From Hemiscyllium ocellatum (taxonomy: Eukaryota): 64,000 bases of DNA. Both the position numbers and the translations under genes were made by a program. Location of the stretch: positions 964,831-1,028,830 of the forward strand of contig NW_026867530.1 of assembly GCF_020745735.1 (NCBI RefSeq), read 5' to 3'. Positions 50,187-63,257 of this stretch are shown here, one piece after another. Under the pieces are notes generated by a model. It did no database searches. It saw only the letters and a list, made by a program, of their open reading frames with translations, and was not told the DNA's origin. Each line of letters starts with the position of its first letter. Positions within the stretch are counted from its first letter, which is position 1.

Positions 50187-50228
50187 AAATCTCAAAGTTG
50201 CATTTAATAATTCAACAGAAGTAATAAA
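50182..50228 (+). terminator. Secretory polyadenylation signals (AATAAA 50182-50187 overlapping the stop codon; AATAAA 50223-50228)
   Basis: Consensus hexamers followed by a T/GT-rich tract. Confidence 0.7.
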
Positions 50229-51399
50229 GTTTCTTTTCCCTCCAGTTGTGAGGTAAATACTGAATTAGTTGTTTCTCACTCTGACTTACATTACATCGGT
50301 GTAGTTAAAGTGGGTTATTAACAGGTCTAGGACAAGTGTCTTGTGCAGTTAATGTTCTCTGCTCAGATACACCCTGGGTCAGAGACAGAGTAAAGCTCAC
50401 TCATTGCAGGATTCCACCAAGTCCCTTATCCATCCTAAATCCCTCTGTGACAAAATCTGACACTGTCCATTTTATGTCAAGGGTAGAGCACGAGTTTTGA
50501 ACTTGGTGTTCTTGATTCCCCTGATTGGACATTCTTACAAAATTCATGTCAGTTTTCAACTGCCACATTGCACCAATTGGAAATGTAAATTTAAGGCACT
50601 TTAAAATTAAATTTGATTGGAACATACCAATCGTAAAGAGTGCAGAACAGTTTGAATGTAACCTTTGTTTCTGGGGAACTGCCAGGGATCTTGCGCCAGC
50701 GCATGAGTTGACAGAATGTATCTTCACTTTCACACCAAAGAGAATCGACAGATAAGTTGTCGTGGAGCAGAGGGGAGGGGAACGATGAATGGTCTGTCCT
50801 CTTGCTCCCTGTGCAGAGTTTTCATGGTTGATGTCCTCTGTAATGTAACCCAGTTACTAACAGGAACAGTCAGCTTCTTGCTTACTGTCCAAAGATTGAA
50901 CATTTCCATGCAAAATAATACCTTTGAAACATGTTGGACATGCTTGGCTCTGTTAACAAATGATTAACATCGATTCCCATAATCCAAAACTGGTGTTTGC
51001 ATCGTCCCGGTTTGAATTCCACAGTTTTGTCTCAGTTTTCTGGAGCACATGGGATCAATTCTGGTATTCGAATACCTGATATCATTTTGTTTCACAGACA
51101 GAACACAAGTAGACATTTTCTAATAAACATATTCAGAAATGTTATCTCTGGGGCAGTGGGGATTTGAACTCACGCCTTTTCTCTCAGAGACAGAAATTCT
51201 ATCACTGCAACAGAAGAGTTGCTCATAAAATGCTTATCTCTCCACGATGATGGGAAATGTTTCCTACAACACCAAGGTCAAATCTAATTATGGGCAATCC
51301 ATTAAAATTAGAACAATAAATTAGAATAATAAAAATTGCAGTCTGGTATAAGAACAGATACAGAGAGATGATCGCAAATACACACGTAATGACACATAT

Positions 51400-52450
51400 A
51401 TGGGCTCTCACCTAAAGACACGTTTTTATGTGCACACTCAAATGTGCATATAGATAAGATGTCACACACGCATACTCGCACAGAGCCACACATGCAAGTG
51501 GTACTTGAACACCCACCTAAGCTCATACAAAAACTCACATACACCGAAAGAAAATTATTTGCACAAATGAACAGGGGTACTCACACATAACCATGAGAAA
51601 TATAGACACACGGTAACACACAAATGGGCATGAATACATATACATTCATACAGCACAATGCGTACAGACATACACGCATGAACACACAGATACAAATTCC
51701 GAAAAATGTCCTCCCACATGTCAACTCATACAGGCACGTAAGTGCACAGAGATAAATATTAATATCATTATTTTCCCATTTTCAGAATCACAAACATACG
51801 ATGACAGAGGCAGCTTAATTAGTTATTTTTAAACCACATTGATCAGCATGTATACAATGTCACACGTACACACAAATTCAGAGTCTCACATGCAGACACA
51901 CAAGTGCATAGATCAACAAATAGAGGGGCGTTTATTAAATAAGGAGAATGGGCACAAGCATCAGCAAGCATCCACACACAGTAACACAAACAAGCTTCTC
52001 AGGAGATGGTTTGGGAAAGATTGCCACACAAGCAAACATCATCATATAAATATAAACATCCATCAAAACATAACATTGCATGCTAACATTTATTAAGCAT
52101 AAACATGAAAATAACCTAGTTTAGGTAGGACCTGAAACAGACACATAAGCACACATTTGAGATAGCACTAATGAAAAGTGAACACACACAAAGACATTAC
52201 AAGATAAGCATAGGCAGCAACAAAATGGCATATTAGCATGATGATGCTTACACAATGTGAAAAGACCAAAATTTCGGTGCCCAAACACATGAGCACACCA
52301 GCAGTAAAGGAACAGGAATATGTTTATACATGCACAGACTCCAACATGGGCAAGTGTGAAGTAAGAGACTCTCATAACCACATACACAAACATTAAAGGG
52401 AAACCAAACACACCAAGCAGTAGGTCAAATAAATTAAGGGACACATGTAC
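51400..52450. repeat. Degenerate CA-rich low-complexity tract in the Cmu4-TM1 intron
   Basis: Dispersed ACAC/CATACA motifs over about 1 kb. Confidence 0.65.
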
Positions 52451-52957
52451 AAAAACTTATTCCTAAATATACAGATCCTACAAACAAAAATGTGAAGCAA
52501 TGTCCTGACTGTGATGTCACTTATATTCACGATTTGCCAAGCAATTGGTCACCAATACATAAAGGTGAGAATCACATTTGAACTTTTATTCAGTGATGGC
52601 CACAATTTTCAACTAAAGTGCTGTCACAGCCTATATTTAAAATATAATGATATAATTAAAATAATCATTCGTAATAAGCATTCCTCAAATAATAATATCC
52701 TTAAATAATAGATTAAAAGAAAAATAATTTAAAACATTCTGACATGGACAATGACGAAAGAACATGTGCAGTTCGTATTTGTAATTTCTTGCTGAGAGTC
52801 AATAATGCACTGATGGATACAGATAAGAGTCACACTTGAGAAATACCTGACTGCTTTATGAAGATGTAATGGTCTCTAATTACATGACTTGGATGCACAT
52901 AGATCGATCTGGATCAATAAACGATCTAAATGCATTCTCTCGGCTTTATATTCATAG

Positions 52958-53085
52958 ATTCAATAGATCGCACTTGGATTGAAGACTATGAGGATGATAA
53001 CAGCAACATCTGGACAACTGCTTCCACGTTCATCACCTTGTTCTTCCTGAGTATTTTCTACAGCGCTGCCGTCACTCTGGTGAAG
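52958..53085 (+). CDS. IGHM: TM1 exon (DSIDRTWIEDYEDDNSNIWTTASTFITLFFLSIFYSAAVTLVK)
   Basis: Acidic spacer and conserved antigen-receptor TM motif; acceptor TCATAG, donor GTGAGA. Confidence 0.95.
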
Positions 53086-53224
53086 GTGAGAATAATCACA
53101 TCTTTCTCACGCCAAGCAGCCCAATATGTTTTGTGAAATCTCTAAGTGTGCCATTGAATAAACACTAATTCTGAAAGTCCCTAATCATAAATATCTGCGT
53201 CATTGCTTTATCTCTCTTTTCCAG

Positions 53225-53233
53225 GTTAAGTGA
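53225..53233 (+). CDS. IGHM: TM2 exon (VK*), completing the KVK cytoplasmic tail
   Basis: Polypyrimidine tract + CCAG, then GTT AAG TGA. Confidence 0.88.
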   Translation, partial: VK

Positions 53234-53662
53234 ATGAATTGTGGACTCCTTTGATTTTCCTGATCTGCTTATCAAGGTCTCTGAATTCCCAATCTACAAT
53301 CTGTCCTGTTGCTGACTCTAACAGTGAGATCACTTCAGTTTATCAGTGTGTAACTGAGACAATTATTGATGGATTTTCGCTTTTACTTTGATATCTTTGA
53401 GATGGTTGTGGTTGGAAGAATTTATAGCTTCCCTGTTGTTTGAAGCCCATTTGTTTTGTTTTTATTTGTTCCTTACTCAGAATGGTTGCCTACCCTTTCT
53501 GATGAGCCTTTGTATTCCCTTTCTTGTGACTGTTACTGATGTACAGAAAATTCCCACCTCACAGCGTATGTGTTCTCATCTCAATGTGGCAACCAGCCAT
53601 TATATTCACTTCTGTTAGCTTTTACATCAACTTTTTGGATGAAAATGCTTTCTGAAATGGTG

Positions 53663-53668
53663 AATAAA
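53663..53668 (+). terminator. Likely membrane-form polyadenylation signal
   Basis: First AATAAA noticed downstream of the TM2 stop. Confidence 0.55.
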
Positions 53669-54139
53669 TCTCGAATGAATATGCACTAACCTTGAGTTTG
53701 CTTCATTCTTTCTTCAAGGCCAGTCAGTAATCATACATTTTCCCACATCCTACTCCTTTCCCAGCCAAATACTTTCACTTGTTCTGTTTGGTTGTGTTTC
53801 ATCCAGTCATTTAGTTTAATGTTGCGCTGCCATGCCGCCCACTAATGTAAATGCATCTTTCACACGATATGCCTGATGGAACACTCCAGAGGCAGAATGA
53901 TTAGAGAACATTTCCTCTTATGCACCAAGGGTCACGGCCTCGGGTCACGTAATGATCCAAATTAGGAGCTTTGCTCCACCAGAAGCCTATAAAAGGCAGG
54001 CAAAGGAGTTTGAAAGTTTACTCTACACCGTCTAAACTACATGTACTCCCAATGTCCGGACAACCTGGGTTAGTAATGCATAAATCACCACCTAAAACAC
54101 CCAACGAAACATTCATCAGCCAAAAATGTCAAAGGGAGG

Positions 54140-55608
54140 AGATAGCAGAGCCATTGGCCTGGATTTTTATGTCGTCATTGTCAACGGGAATAGTACCAGA
54201 GGACTGGAGGATAGCGAATGTGGTCCCATTGTTCAAGAAAGGGAGTAGGGATAGCCCTAGTAACTATAGGCCAGTGAGTCTGACTTCAGTGGTGGGCAAA
54301 GTCTTAGAGAGAATGGTAAGGGATAAGATTTATGAACATCTGGGTAGGAATAACGTGATCAGGGATAGCCAGCATGGTTTTGTGAAGGGCAGGTCGTGCC
54401 TCACAAACCTTATTGAGTTCTTTGAGAAGGTGACTAAGGAAGTGGATGAGGGTAAAGCAGTAGATGTTGTGTATATGGATTTTAGTAAGGCGTTCGATAA
54501 GGTTCCCCATGGTAGGCTAATGCTAAAACTTCGGAGGTATGGCATTGAGGATACATTAGAGGTTTGGATTAGGAATTGGCTGGCTGGAAGGAGACAGAGG
54601 GTAGTAGATGGATTATGTTCATCTTGGAGTGCAGTTACTAGCGGTGTACCACAAGGATCTGTTTTGGGACCATTGCTTTTTGTTATCTTTATAAATGATC
54701 TAGAGGAAGGACTTGAAAGCTGGGTAAGCAAGTTTGCGGATGACACGAAAGTCGGTGGAGTTGTGGATAGTGAGGAAGGAAGTGGTAGGTTCAGCGGGAT
54801 ATAGATAAGTTGCAGAGCTGGGCGGAAATGTGGCAAATGGAATTCAATGTAGCTAAGTGCGAAGTCGTTCACTTTGGTAGGAATAACAATGATGGATTAC
54901 TGGGCTAATGGTAGGATACTTGGTAGTGTGGATGAGCAGAGGGATCTTGGGTCTATGTACACAGATCTCTGAAAGTTGCCACCCAGGTAAATAGTGCTGT
55001 GAGGAAGGCATATGGTGTACTGGGCTTTATTGGCAGAGGAATTGAGTTCCGGAGTCCTGAGGTCATGTTGCAGTTGTATAAGACTCTGGTGAGGCCTCAT
55101 CTGGAGTATTGTGTGCAGTTTTGTCGCCATACTATAGGAAGGATGTGGAAGCTTTAGAACGAGTGCAGAGGAGGTTTACCAGGATGTTGCCTGGAATGGT
55201 AGGAAAATCTTATGAGGAAAGGCTGAGGCACTTGGGGCTGTTCTCTGGAGAAGAGAAGGTTTAGGGGAGATCTGATAGAAGTGTATAAGATGATTAGGGG
55301 TTTAGATAGGGTAGATACTAAGAACCTTTTACCGCTAATGGAGTCAGGTGTTACTAGGGGACATAGCTTTAATTAAGGGGTGGTAGGTATAGGACAGATG
55401 TTGGGGTAGATTCTTCACACAGCGGGTTGTGAGTTCATGGAATGCCCTGCCCGTATCAGTGGTGAACTCTCCTTCTTTATGTTCATTTAAGCGGGCATTG
55501 GATAGGCATTTGGAAGTTATTGGGCTAGTATAGGTTAGGTAGGACTCGGTCAGCGCAACATCGAGGGCCGAAGGGCCTGTACTGCGCTGTGTTCTATGTT
55601 CTATGTTC
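54140..55608 (+). mobile_element. 5'-truncated CR1 LINE, RT domain with frameshifts, (TTCTATG)n tail
   Basis: [53 protein letters not shown]. Confidence 0.93.
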
Positions 55609-56929
55609 AGTCAGGTAGTCAGACAACAACACGTGCACAATCCAAGGGCGGATTCTCAGAAGTGGAGATTTTCTCACGCATAAATCGCATGGAGCAGAAT
55701 TCCTGGGATCTATTTGACACACCACACCTGTCAAATCCCAGGAAATGAGATGGGGATCTATCTGATACAGGGATATTACTGAACAGCAACCCTCAAAAAT
55801 AATAAATCAGAGGTCGATGTTGATCAGACAAGTCAGAGCTCATGAGTCCCTGAAATATTTAGCCATTGGGATCTATATGATGCAAGATGGAATTGAGAAC
55901 CAATCATAGCAACTGTTCACAGAGTCTGGGAACTATCAGCAGAGGAGAACATTCTCGATTTCTCAGAGTTGGTGAGGTGTATCCTCCCGGGAATAGTGTT
56001 GTGAATCAGTCACGCACCCAATCTCATAACTTCGCATTTTGTCAAAAATGTGGCACCTGAAACTAGATGCAATATTCCAGGTGAGACAAGAGACTGTTTG
56101 ATTTCAGTGTAACATAATTGCTTTGTGTTTGTTCTCTGCGGTGTTATTGATGAAGTAGGGTTTATTTGCTCTTCTGTCCACCTGTCATGGTCCATTCCCT
56201 GATTTGTGCACATACACACGGAGGATCCTCTGCTCCTTCACCCCCTTTGGGTTTACCCCCTCCTTATTGTATGTTTCCCTGAGTTCATCACAAAACAAAG
56301 AAGCACGTCACCCCTCCCTGAGACGGAGATCTATCTGACACACCGATATTAATGAATAACAATCCTCAAAAATGATCAATCACAGGTTGATTTCGATCAG
56401 AGAAGGCAGAGATCAGAAGTTCTGGAAACCCTGCTGCTTTCCATGTCCTTTCCTACAACCCCTCTGTCAAACTTGATGCTCTGTGCTGTTCTTCCAATAT
56501 CCTAACATTTTACCTTAAATTGCTATTAATATTTTGCTGTAATTTTGCATTAGAGACCAAAGCACAGGTTGGAACAACAAGGACCCAAACACTGAACTCT
56601 GAGAACGTACACAATAAGGTAACCTACATTCTGAAACAGCAAACACCCGTTAACAAATGGTTGACAAGTACAAAACAGCGGGTGAGATTAACTTGAACTC
56701 ATCAAAATAAAAGGAAAGTACTCTGGAGGTACAGCGGTGTAGGGAAGACCTGGGCAGACAGAGTGGAGTTCGTTTTTTAAAATTCTTGTTTATATCCAGA
56801 ATTTTCCTTCCACACAATGTAACCTTTTATTTCCCATCACCCAAGTTCCCCAGAGTATCTTTATTTTCAGCTACTAACCATCACCAGTAAATTGAATAAT
56901 TTATGTTCAAAGCCCCTCCCACCATCAAA

Positions 56930-59600
56930 GGTACGGCAGAAGTAGGAAGAGCTAGAAGGAGATTGGAGTCAATTTTTCTTGTGGTGAAACATTACTGCTG
57001 TTCTACCACAAGGTATTTCTGAGGGATGGTCCAGTGAAGCTATGTGGATGGAACTCATAAATAAGAAGGGCATGATTACTTTGATGCAATTGTAATAGTC
57101 CCCCCAGTAGTCAGAGTGAAATTGAGTAACAAATATGTGGAGAGATCTTATTTATACGTAAGAATAATAGGATTGTAATAATCACAAATTTTAACCTTCC
57201 AAACATAAAGTGGGACAGCCATGGTCTTAAGAGCTTGGATGGTGAGGAATTTGGTAAGTGCTAAAGTCAATTTTCTTCATTAATATACAGATGTAACTAT
57301 CACAGAAGGAGCAAACCTGACCTACTCTTGTGATATAAGGCAGGGCAAGTGACTGAATGGTTAGTAGGGGAGCTTTTTGGGGCCGGGGTCATAATTCGAT
57401 TAGTTTAAAACATCTATGGAAAGGATTGGCATTATATATAAGTTAAAGTTCTTAATTGAACTAGGGCAAATTTTGATAGTATGAGACAAAATCTTTCAAG
57501 AGTTGATTGGAGTAGACTGTTTGCAGCTCAAGGGACGGCCGGCAAGAGTGAAGCTTTCAGAAGTGAGATAACGAGAGTTCGGAGGCGTGATGTTCCTGTT
57601 AGTGTGAAGGTAAGGCTGGTAAGAGGAGGGAACACTGGAGGAATAAAGATATTGAGGCTCTGGTTCAGATTAAGAATGAATCATATATTAGATATAGATA
57701 AATGAGATCAAGTGAATCTCGAAGAGTACAAGAGGTGCAGGGACATTCTAAAGAGGGAAATGAGGAGGGCAAGAAAGGAAAATGAGATAGCCTTGGGAGA
57801 TAATGTTAAAGATAATCCAAAGAGATTCGACTAGTACACTAAGAGCAAAGGGGTAGATCATAGAGTCATAGAGATGTACAACTTGGAAACAGATCTTTCA
57901 ATCACACTTGCCCATGTTATCCTAAACTAATCTAGTCCCATTTGCCAGTACTTGGTCCATATCCCTCTAAACCCTTCCTATTCTTATACACACTCAGATG
58001 CCTTTTAAATGTTGAAATTGCACCAGCCTCCACCGCTTCCTCTGGCAGTTCATTCCATATACACCATCCTCAGCATGAAAAAGTTACTCCTTAGGTACTT
58101 TCAACTTTTTCCCCTCTCACTCTAAACCTATACTCACGGTTTAGATGAGACTCCACCCACCTCAGGGAAAAGACCTTGTCTATTCACCGTATCCATGCCT
58201 CTGATGATTTTATAAACCTTTATAAAGTCACCCCTCAGCCTCCAACGCTCCAGAGAAATCAGCCCCAGCCTATTCAGCCTCTCCCTATATAACTCTACAT
58301 GGCTGTGAATATGTATAAGCCTAGAGGATTGGCTTCATAAATCATGTTGCATTTAATATAAATGTTGTTTTTTTTATTATCATTTAGTTTAAAATGGAGG
58401 ATGGGTGCCTTTTCAATTTCATATCAGTAGCACAGAAAGACCTGGGGAAATAAACTGCAACAAAAAAATGGACAAAAAGTTATTGCACTACGGATCATCT
58501 CACCATATCATTCGTGTAAAAAATAATTCCCTGTTTTGACCGTGAAGTTAATAGAGTTTATTAATTAGTCCTGTGTTGGTAATAATTTTCATCTATCTGT
58601 CATTCTACATTTAGTTGTTATAGTTAACGTGTGGATTACTGCACCTCTCTAAAAATTCAAAACAAAATAAAGTAAAACTGCAAATTAAATATTGCGTCTA
58701 ATTACGACAAAAAAATTAGCAATTCAATGACACCAAATTGGAAAGGAATGTTGAAATGTAGCCAATTCTGAGGACTACAAGAAGTTGCAAGAGATCATTA
58801 ATTAATTGATGGTATGTTCAAATAATTAGCAAATGAAGATCCACACAGATAAACGTAAGATGTTACAGCTTGGTAGGAATAATGTGCAGGTCACTTATTT
58901 AAGATGCACGTCTAAGTGAGGGAGACAAACAAAGGGATTTCAGACAATTACATCAATCACTAACAATTTCACCACAGGTTCCAAAGGCCATAAAAATGCA
59001 AACAAAGCTCTAAGTTTTATCTCTAAAGGGATAGATTTGAAAGTAGGGTCACTATAAAAATTTGGTTGACTATAATTCAGAGTATTGCCTGCAGTTCGAG
59101 TTGACATATTGTAGAATGTATGAGAGAGAGTGAAGAGATGACTTATGAGAATGATACACAAGTTTCTGGCTGTGTATATCAAGGACGAATTGTTGTGCTG
59201 TTCACTTCTCTCTTGAAAAGAAGGCTGACAGTTCTAAAATTATGAAAGGTTTTGAAAAGTGAAGGTACAGAGAAAACATTTCACTGTGGGATAGAATATA
59301 ACTCGAGGCTGTCAATATAAGACGGTACCTCAAGAAATCCAAAAGGGAATTCAGAAGAAACCTCTTCACTGAAAGAATGATGAGAATGGGGAATATGTGA
59401 CCAGACGGAATAGTTGAAATCAATAGTTTAGATGTATTTCAAGGAAACTAGGGGAGCACTTGGAAGGGATGGGAATAGAGAATTACAACGGGCGATTTAG
59501 ATGAGGAAAGATGTGAAACACCTTGAGTAGAACATACACACTGGCATAAACTGATTGTGCCAAACGGTCTGTTTTCCCTCTGTAATCCTATGTAGAAAAT
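56930..59600. mobile_element. Mosaic of decayed CR1 fragments (+ 56930-57840, - 57855-58290, + 58690-59600)
   Basis: CR1 endonuclease/linker similarity and reverse 3' tail CATAGAGTCATAGAGATGTACAAC. Confidence 0.65.
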
Positions 59601-60641
59601 CACCATTGTATGAAACAAAAAGTGCATTAAGAACATTTAGAAGAATTATAAAGTTTCTCACAAAAAAGTCTCAAGTATCCAGCACTGAAAGTAAATGATT
59701 TTATCACATGGCCCCACTTCACTATTTGCTTGATAGCACTGAAAAAGCAGTAATCACAGTACTCTTACTAGGAGTAGGAGTAACCCATTGTCCATGCACC
59801 AATTGGGGGATCTCAATGACTTATTAATGGCCTCAGTAGGAGCTGCCAACCTGGTCCTGGGAATGTTGTGAACACTCTAGCCCTCACGGCTTCTTTCACT
59901 CACTTACTCTGATTTCCAGTTCCCGTAATGATCGCCACCATGGACAGGGGACTGTTCCAGTGTGCAGATGGGATACCCTGTTGTGAGCCATAAGGTACTC
60001 CATTAGGAGGGACATCCTCCAGGTGTGTCACTAGGATGCAGGGGGAGGTCTCCCACACAATGGAGGACCTTACTGCTAATAAACTGCCAGCATTGGCAGG
60101 AACAGACTCTGCATTGGCCACCTGAGTGGTCATCCTTTCCCGAATTTGGGATCAATAAAATACTACGGAGGTGGAAACTCCTTCCTTCCCTTATCATCTT
60201 CCACCCTATTATCCACCTAATGACCTTGCAGCCTGTCCCTAGAGGGCTGATAGAACCCAGTCCCATTCCAATATTCAAGAACATGAAGAGCTGGCAACCT
60301 GGTCAAAATTGATAAAGCTTAACACAAACAGTCTTGGCCAGACCGTCAAATTCTAAAGTGTAACTTGAGATTAGTTCAATAAAAATGGCAGAAGTACAGA
60401 AACAACCACTTCCATCCATCAGAAACAAATGTCTATGAATGGGAATGGGTGGTCTGCTATTTGGAATGGAGCAGTGCATTTGAAAAGTGAATGAGGAGCA
60501 GCAATGTTTTGTGTTGGACGTGTGCACAGTCTGAAGCTGTTTGCTGATTTGGTTTTGCTAAAGGTTTGGCAGATACATTCCAATGAGAATCAATTAAATC
60601 TGCCAACGTGGATATTAATACTCACATTTATGAGATGCTTT

Positions 60642-61410
60642 AACATAGAACATAGAAAAATACAGCACAGAACAGGCCTTTTGGCCCACGACAGTGTGCC
60701 GAGGTCTAATCCTAATGTAAAATATAATAACAACCCACACACCTCTCAACTCACTGCTAAACATTTGCATGTCCAGCAGTCACTTAAATGTCCCTAATGA
60801 CTCTGCTTCCACCACCACTGCTGGGAAAGCATTCCATGCATTCACAACACTCTGCATAAAGAACCTACCTCTAACGTCTCCTCTATACCTTTCTCCTAAT
60901 ATCTTAAAACTATGACCCCCTCGTACCAGTCAATCCTGCCCTGGGGAAAATTCTCTAGCTTTTGATTTTATCTATTCCTCTCATTATTTTGTATACCTCG
61001 ATCAGGTCTCCTCTCTTCCTCCTTCTCTCCAGAGAGAAAAGTCTGAGCTTATTCAACCTTTCTTCATAAGGCAAGCCCTCCAGTTCAGGCAGCATCCTGG
61101 TAAACCTTCTTTGCACCCTCTCCAAAGCCTCTATCTATTTCTTATAGCAGGGTGACCAGAACTGGACACAATATTCCAGGTGTGGTCTTACCAGGGACTT
61201 GTAGAGCTGTAGCAAAACCTCGCTGCTCTCAAAGTCGATTCCCTTGTAAATGAAAGTCTAAACACCATCTGCTTTCTTAACAACCCTATCCACTTGGGTG
61301 GCAACTTTGAGGGATCTATGTACTTGCACACCCAGATCCCTCTGTTCCTCCACACTGCCAAGAATCCTGCCTTTAACCCTATATTCAGCATTCGAGTTTG
61401 ACCTTCCAAA
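60642..61410 (-). mobile_element. CR1 3' fragment
   Basis: AACATAGAACATAGAAAAATACAGCACAGAACAGGCC is a reverse tail; EQRDLGVQVHRSLKVATQVDRVVKKA. Confidence 0.85.
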
Positions 61411-62113
61411 CTGGAAAAGGATGCACCGAACGCCAAACAGGAGAAGGTTGTTGGCATGTATCAGAAGAGTTAGGACCAATGACATGAAACTGGCTTTTAA
61501 GCAAGCTTTCAAAGTGAGAATGAGTACCAGAGGGCATGTAAGGAAGTTTATCAGTAAAGTACAGCTAATTCAGGGGACTTGACCAGACTCACGGACAAAA
61601 GCAATCAGAGAACCAGAGAACAGAGTGTGTATATAAGGGGTACAAGAGACAGCGTGGATCAAGAATTTAGAGATAGACATAAGTTTAAACTCAATACATT
61701 AGATGATAATGAGCCAGTTAAGATCTCAGTCCTTTCTCTATAAGCACAAGTTTAAGTTTACCAGTCTTGTCCGGGACAGCATTAAATGGGATTTTTATTT
61801 GCACTGTGCACATCTCCTGATTTCACACGATATCTCAGTTTTGTAAATGCAATAGAATGCATTATCCACCGTTTCAGCAATTCATTAAATAGAAGTTGAC
61901 AGAAATAAACAACTTTCCAAAGCTGTCTTTCAACAGCCAGACTGATACAATATTCAAAAAGGATCTGCATGCACAAAGTGGGCGTGTCAGGGGGTTAAAT
62001 CATTTCAAATTCGAAAACTAGATTCCATTTTAATGATATCAGCTGGATGTTGGATACTCCATTAACAAAAGGTTCCCATATTAAACGGTTGTTTGCAAAT
62101 ATAGAAATTGGAT

Positions 62114-63257
62114 GTTGTGGTTCTGTTCGCCGAGCTGGAAGTTTTTGCTGCAAACGTTTCGTTCCCTGGCTAGGGAACATCATCAGTGCTATTCGAGCCT
62201 CCTGTGAAGCGCTGCTTTGATGTTTCTTCCGGTATTTATAGTGGTTTGTTCTTGCCGCTTCCGGGTGTCAGTTTCAGCTGTACTAGTTTGTATGTGGGGT
62301 CCAGGTCGATGTGTCTGTTGATGGATGTTCTTGCCGCTTCCGGGTGTCAGTTTCAGCTGTAGTGGTTTGTATATGGGGTCCAGGTCTATGTGTCTGTTAA
62401 TGGAGTTTGTGGATGAATGCCATGCCTCTAGGAATTCCCTGGCTGTTCTCTGTCTGGCTTGTCCTATGATGGTAGTGTTTTCCCAGTCAAATTCATGTTC
62501 CTGGTTGTCTGAGTGTATGGCTACTAGGGATAGCTGGTCGTGTCGTTTTGTGGCTAGCTGATGTTCATGGATGCGGATTGTTAGCTGTCTTCCTGTTTGT
62601 CCTATATAGTGTTTTGTGCAGTCCTTGCATGGTATTTTGTAAACTACGTTAGTTTGGCTCGTGCTGGCTATTGGGTCCTTTGTTCTAGTGAGTTGTTGTC
62701 TGAGTGTGGAAGTTGGCTTGTGTGCTGTTATGAGTCCTAAGGGTCGCAGTAGTCTGGCTGTCAGTTCTGAGACGCTCCTGACGTATGGTAGTGTGGCTAG
62801 TCCTTTTGGTTGTGGCATGTCCTCGTTCCGTGGTCTATCTCTTAGGCATCTGGTGATAAAGTTGCGTGGGTATCCGTTTTTGGCGAATACCTTGTATAGG
62901 TGTTCCTCTTCCTCTTTTCGCAGTTCTGGTGTACTGCAGTGTGTTGTGGCTCTTTTGAATAGTGTCCTGATGCAGCTTCGTTTGTGTGTGTTGGGGTGGT
63001 TACTTTCATAGTTTAGGACTTGGTCCGTGTGTGTTGGTTTCCTGTGTACCCTTGTGGTGAATTCTCCGTTGGGTGTTCTCTCTACTAACACGTCTAGGAA
63101 TGGGAGTTGCCTATCCTTTTCCTCTTCTCTCGTGAATCGTATTCCTGTGAGTGTGGCGTTGATGATTCGGTGTGTTTTTTCTATTTCTGTGTTTTTGAAG
63201 ATTACAAAGGTGTCATCGACGTATCTGATCCAGAGTTTGGGTTTAAATAGACTTTAA
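62114..63257 (-). mobile_element. 5'-truncated Penelope-like element (Poseidon-like) with an open RT-end plus GIY-YIG ORF and 13-bp TSD
   Basis: In-frame from ~63250: WIRYVDDTFVIF...LPFLDVLVER...VVYKIPCKDCTKHYIGQTGR. ATAGAAATTGGAT at 62101-62113 and 63258-63270. Confidence 0.92.
62150..62189 (-). ncRNA. Minimal hammerhead ribozyme (family C) at the PLE 3' end
   Basis: GCA-CUGAUGA-U-GUUCCCU-AGCC-AGGGAAC-GAAAC-GUU-UGC: 7-bp stem II, 3-bp stem I. Confidence 0.75.

Noticed and set aside
43618-53233. IgW, IgNAR or three-domain IgM1gj-type constant region
   Set aside because: Four typical Cmu exons, an IgM secretory tail and an IgM TM are all present.
53971-54804. 277-aa ORF as a host gene
   Set aside because: It is a frameshifted CR1 reverse transcriptase fragment with a fortuitous upstream extension.
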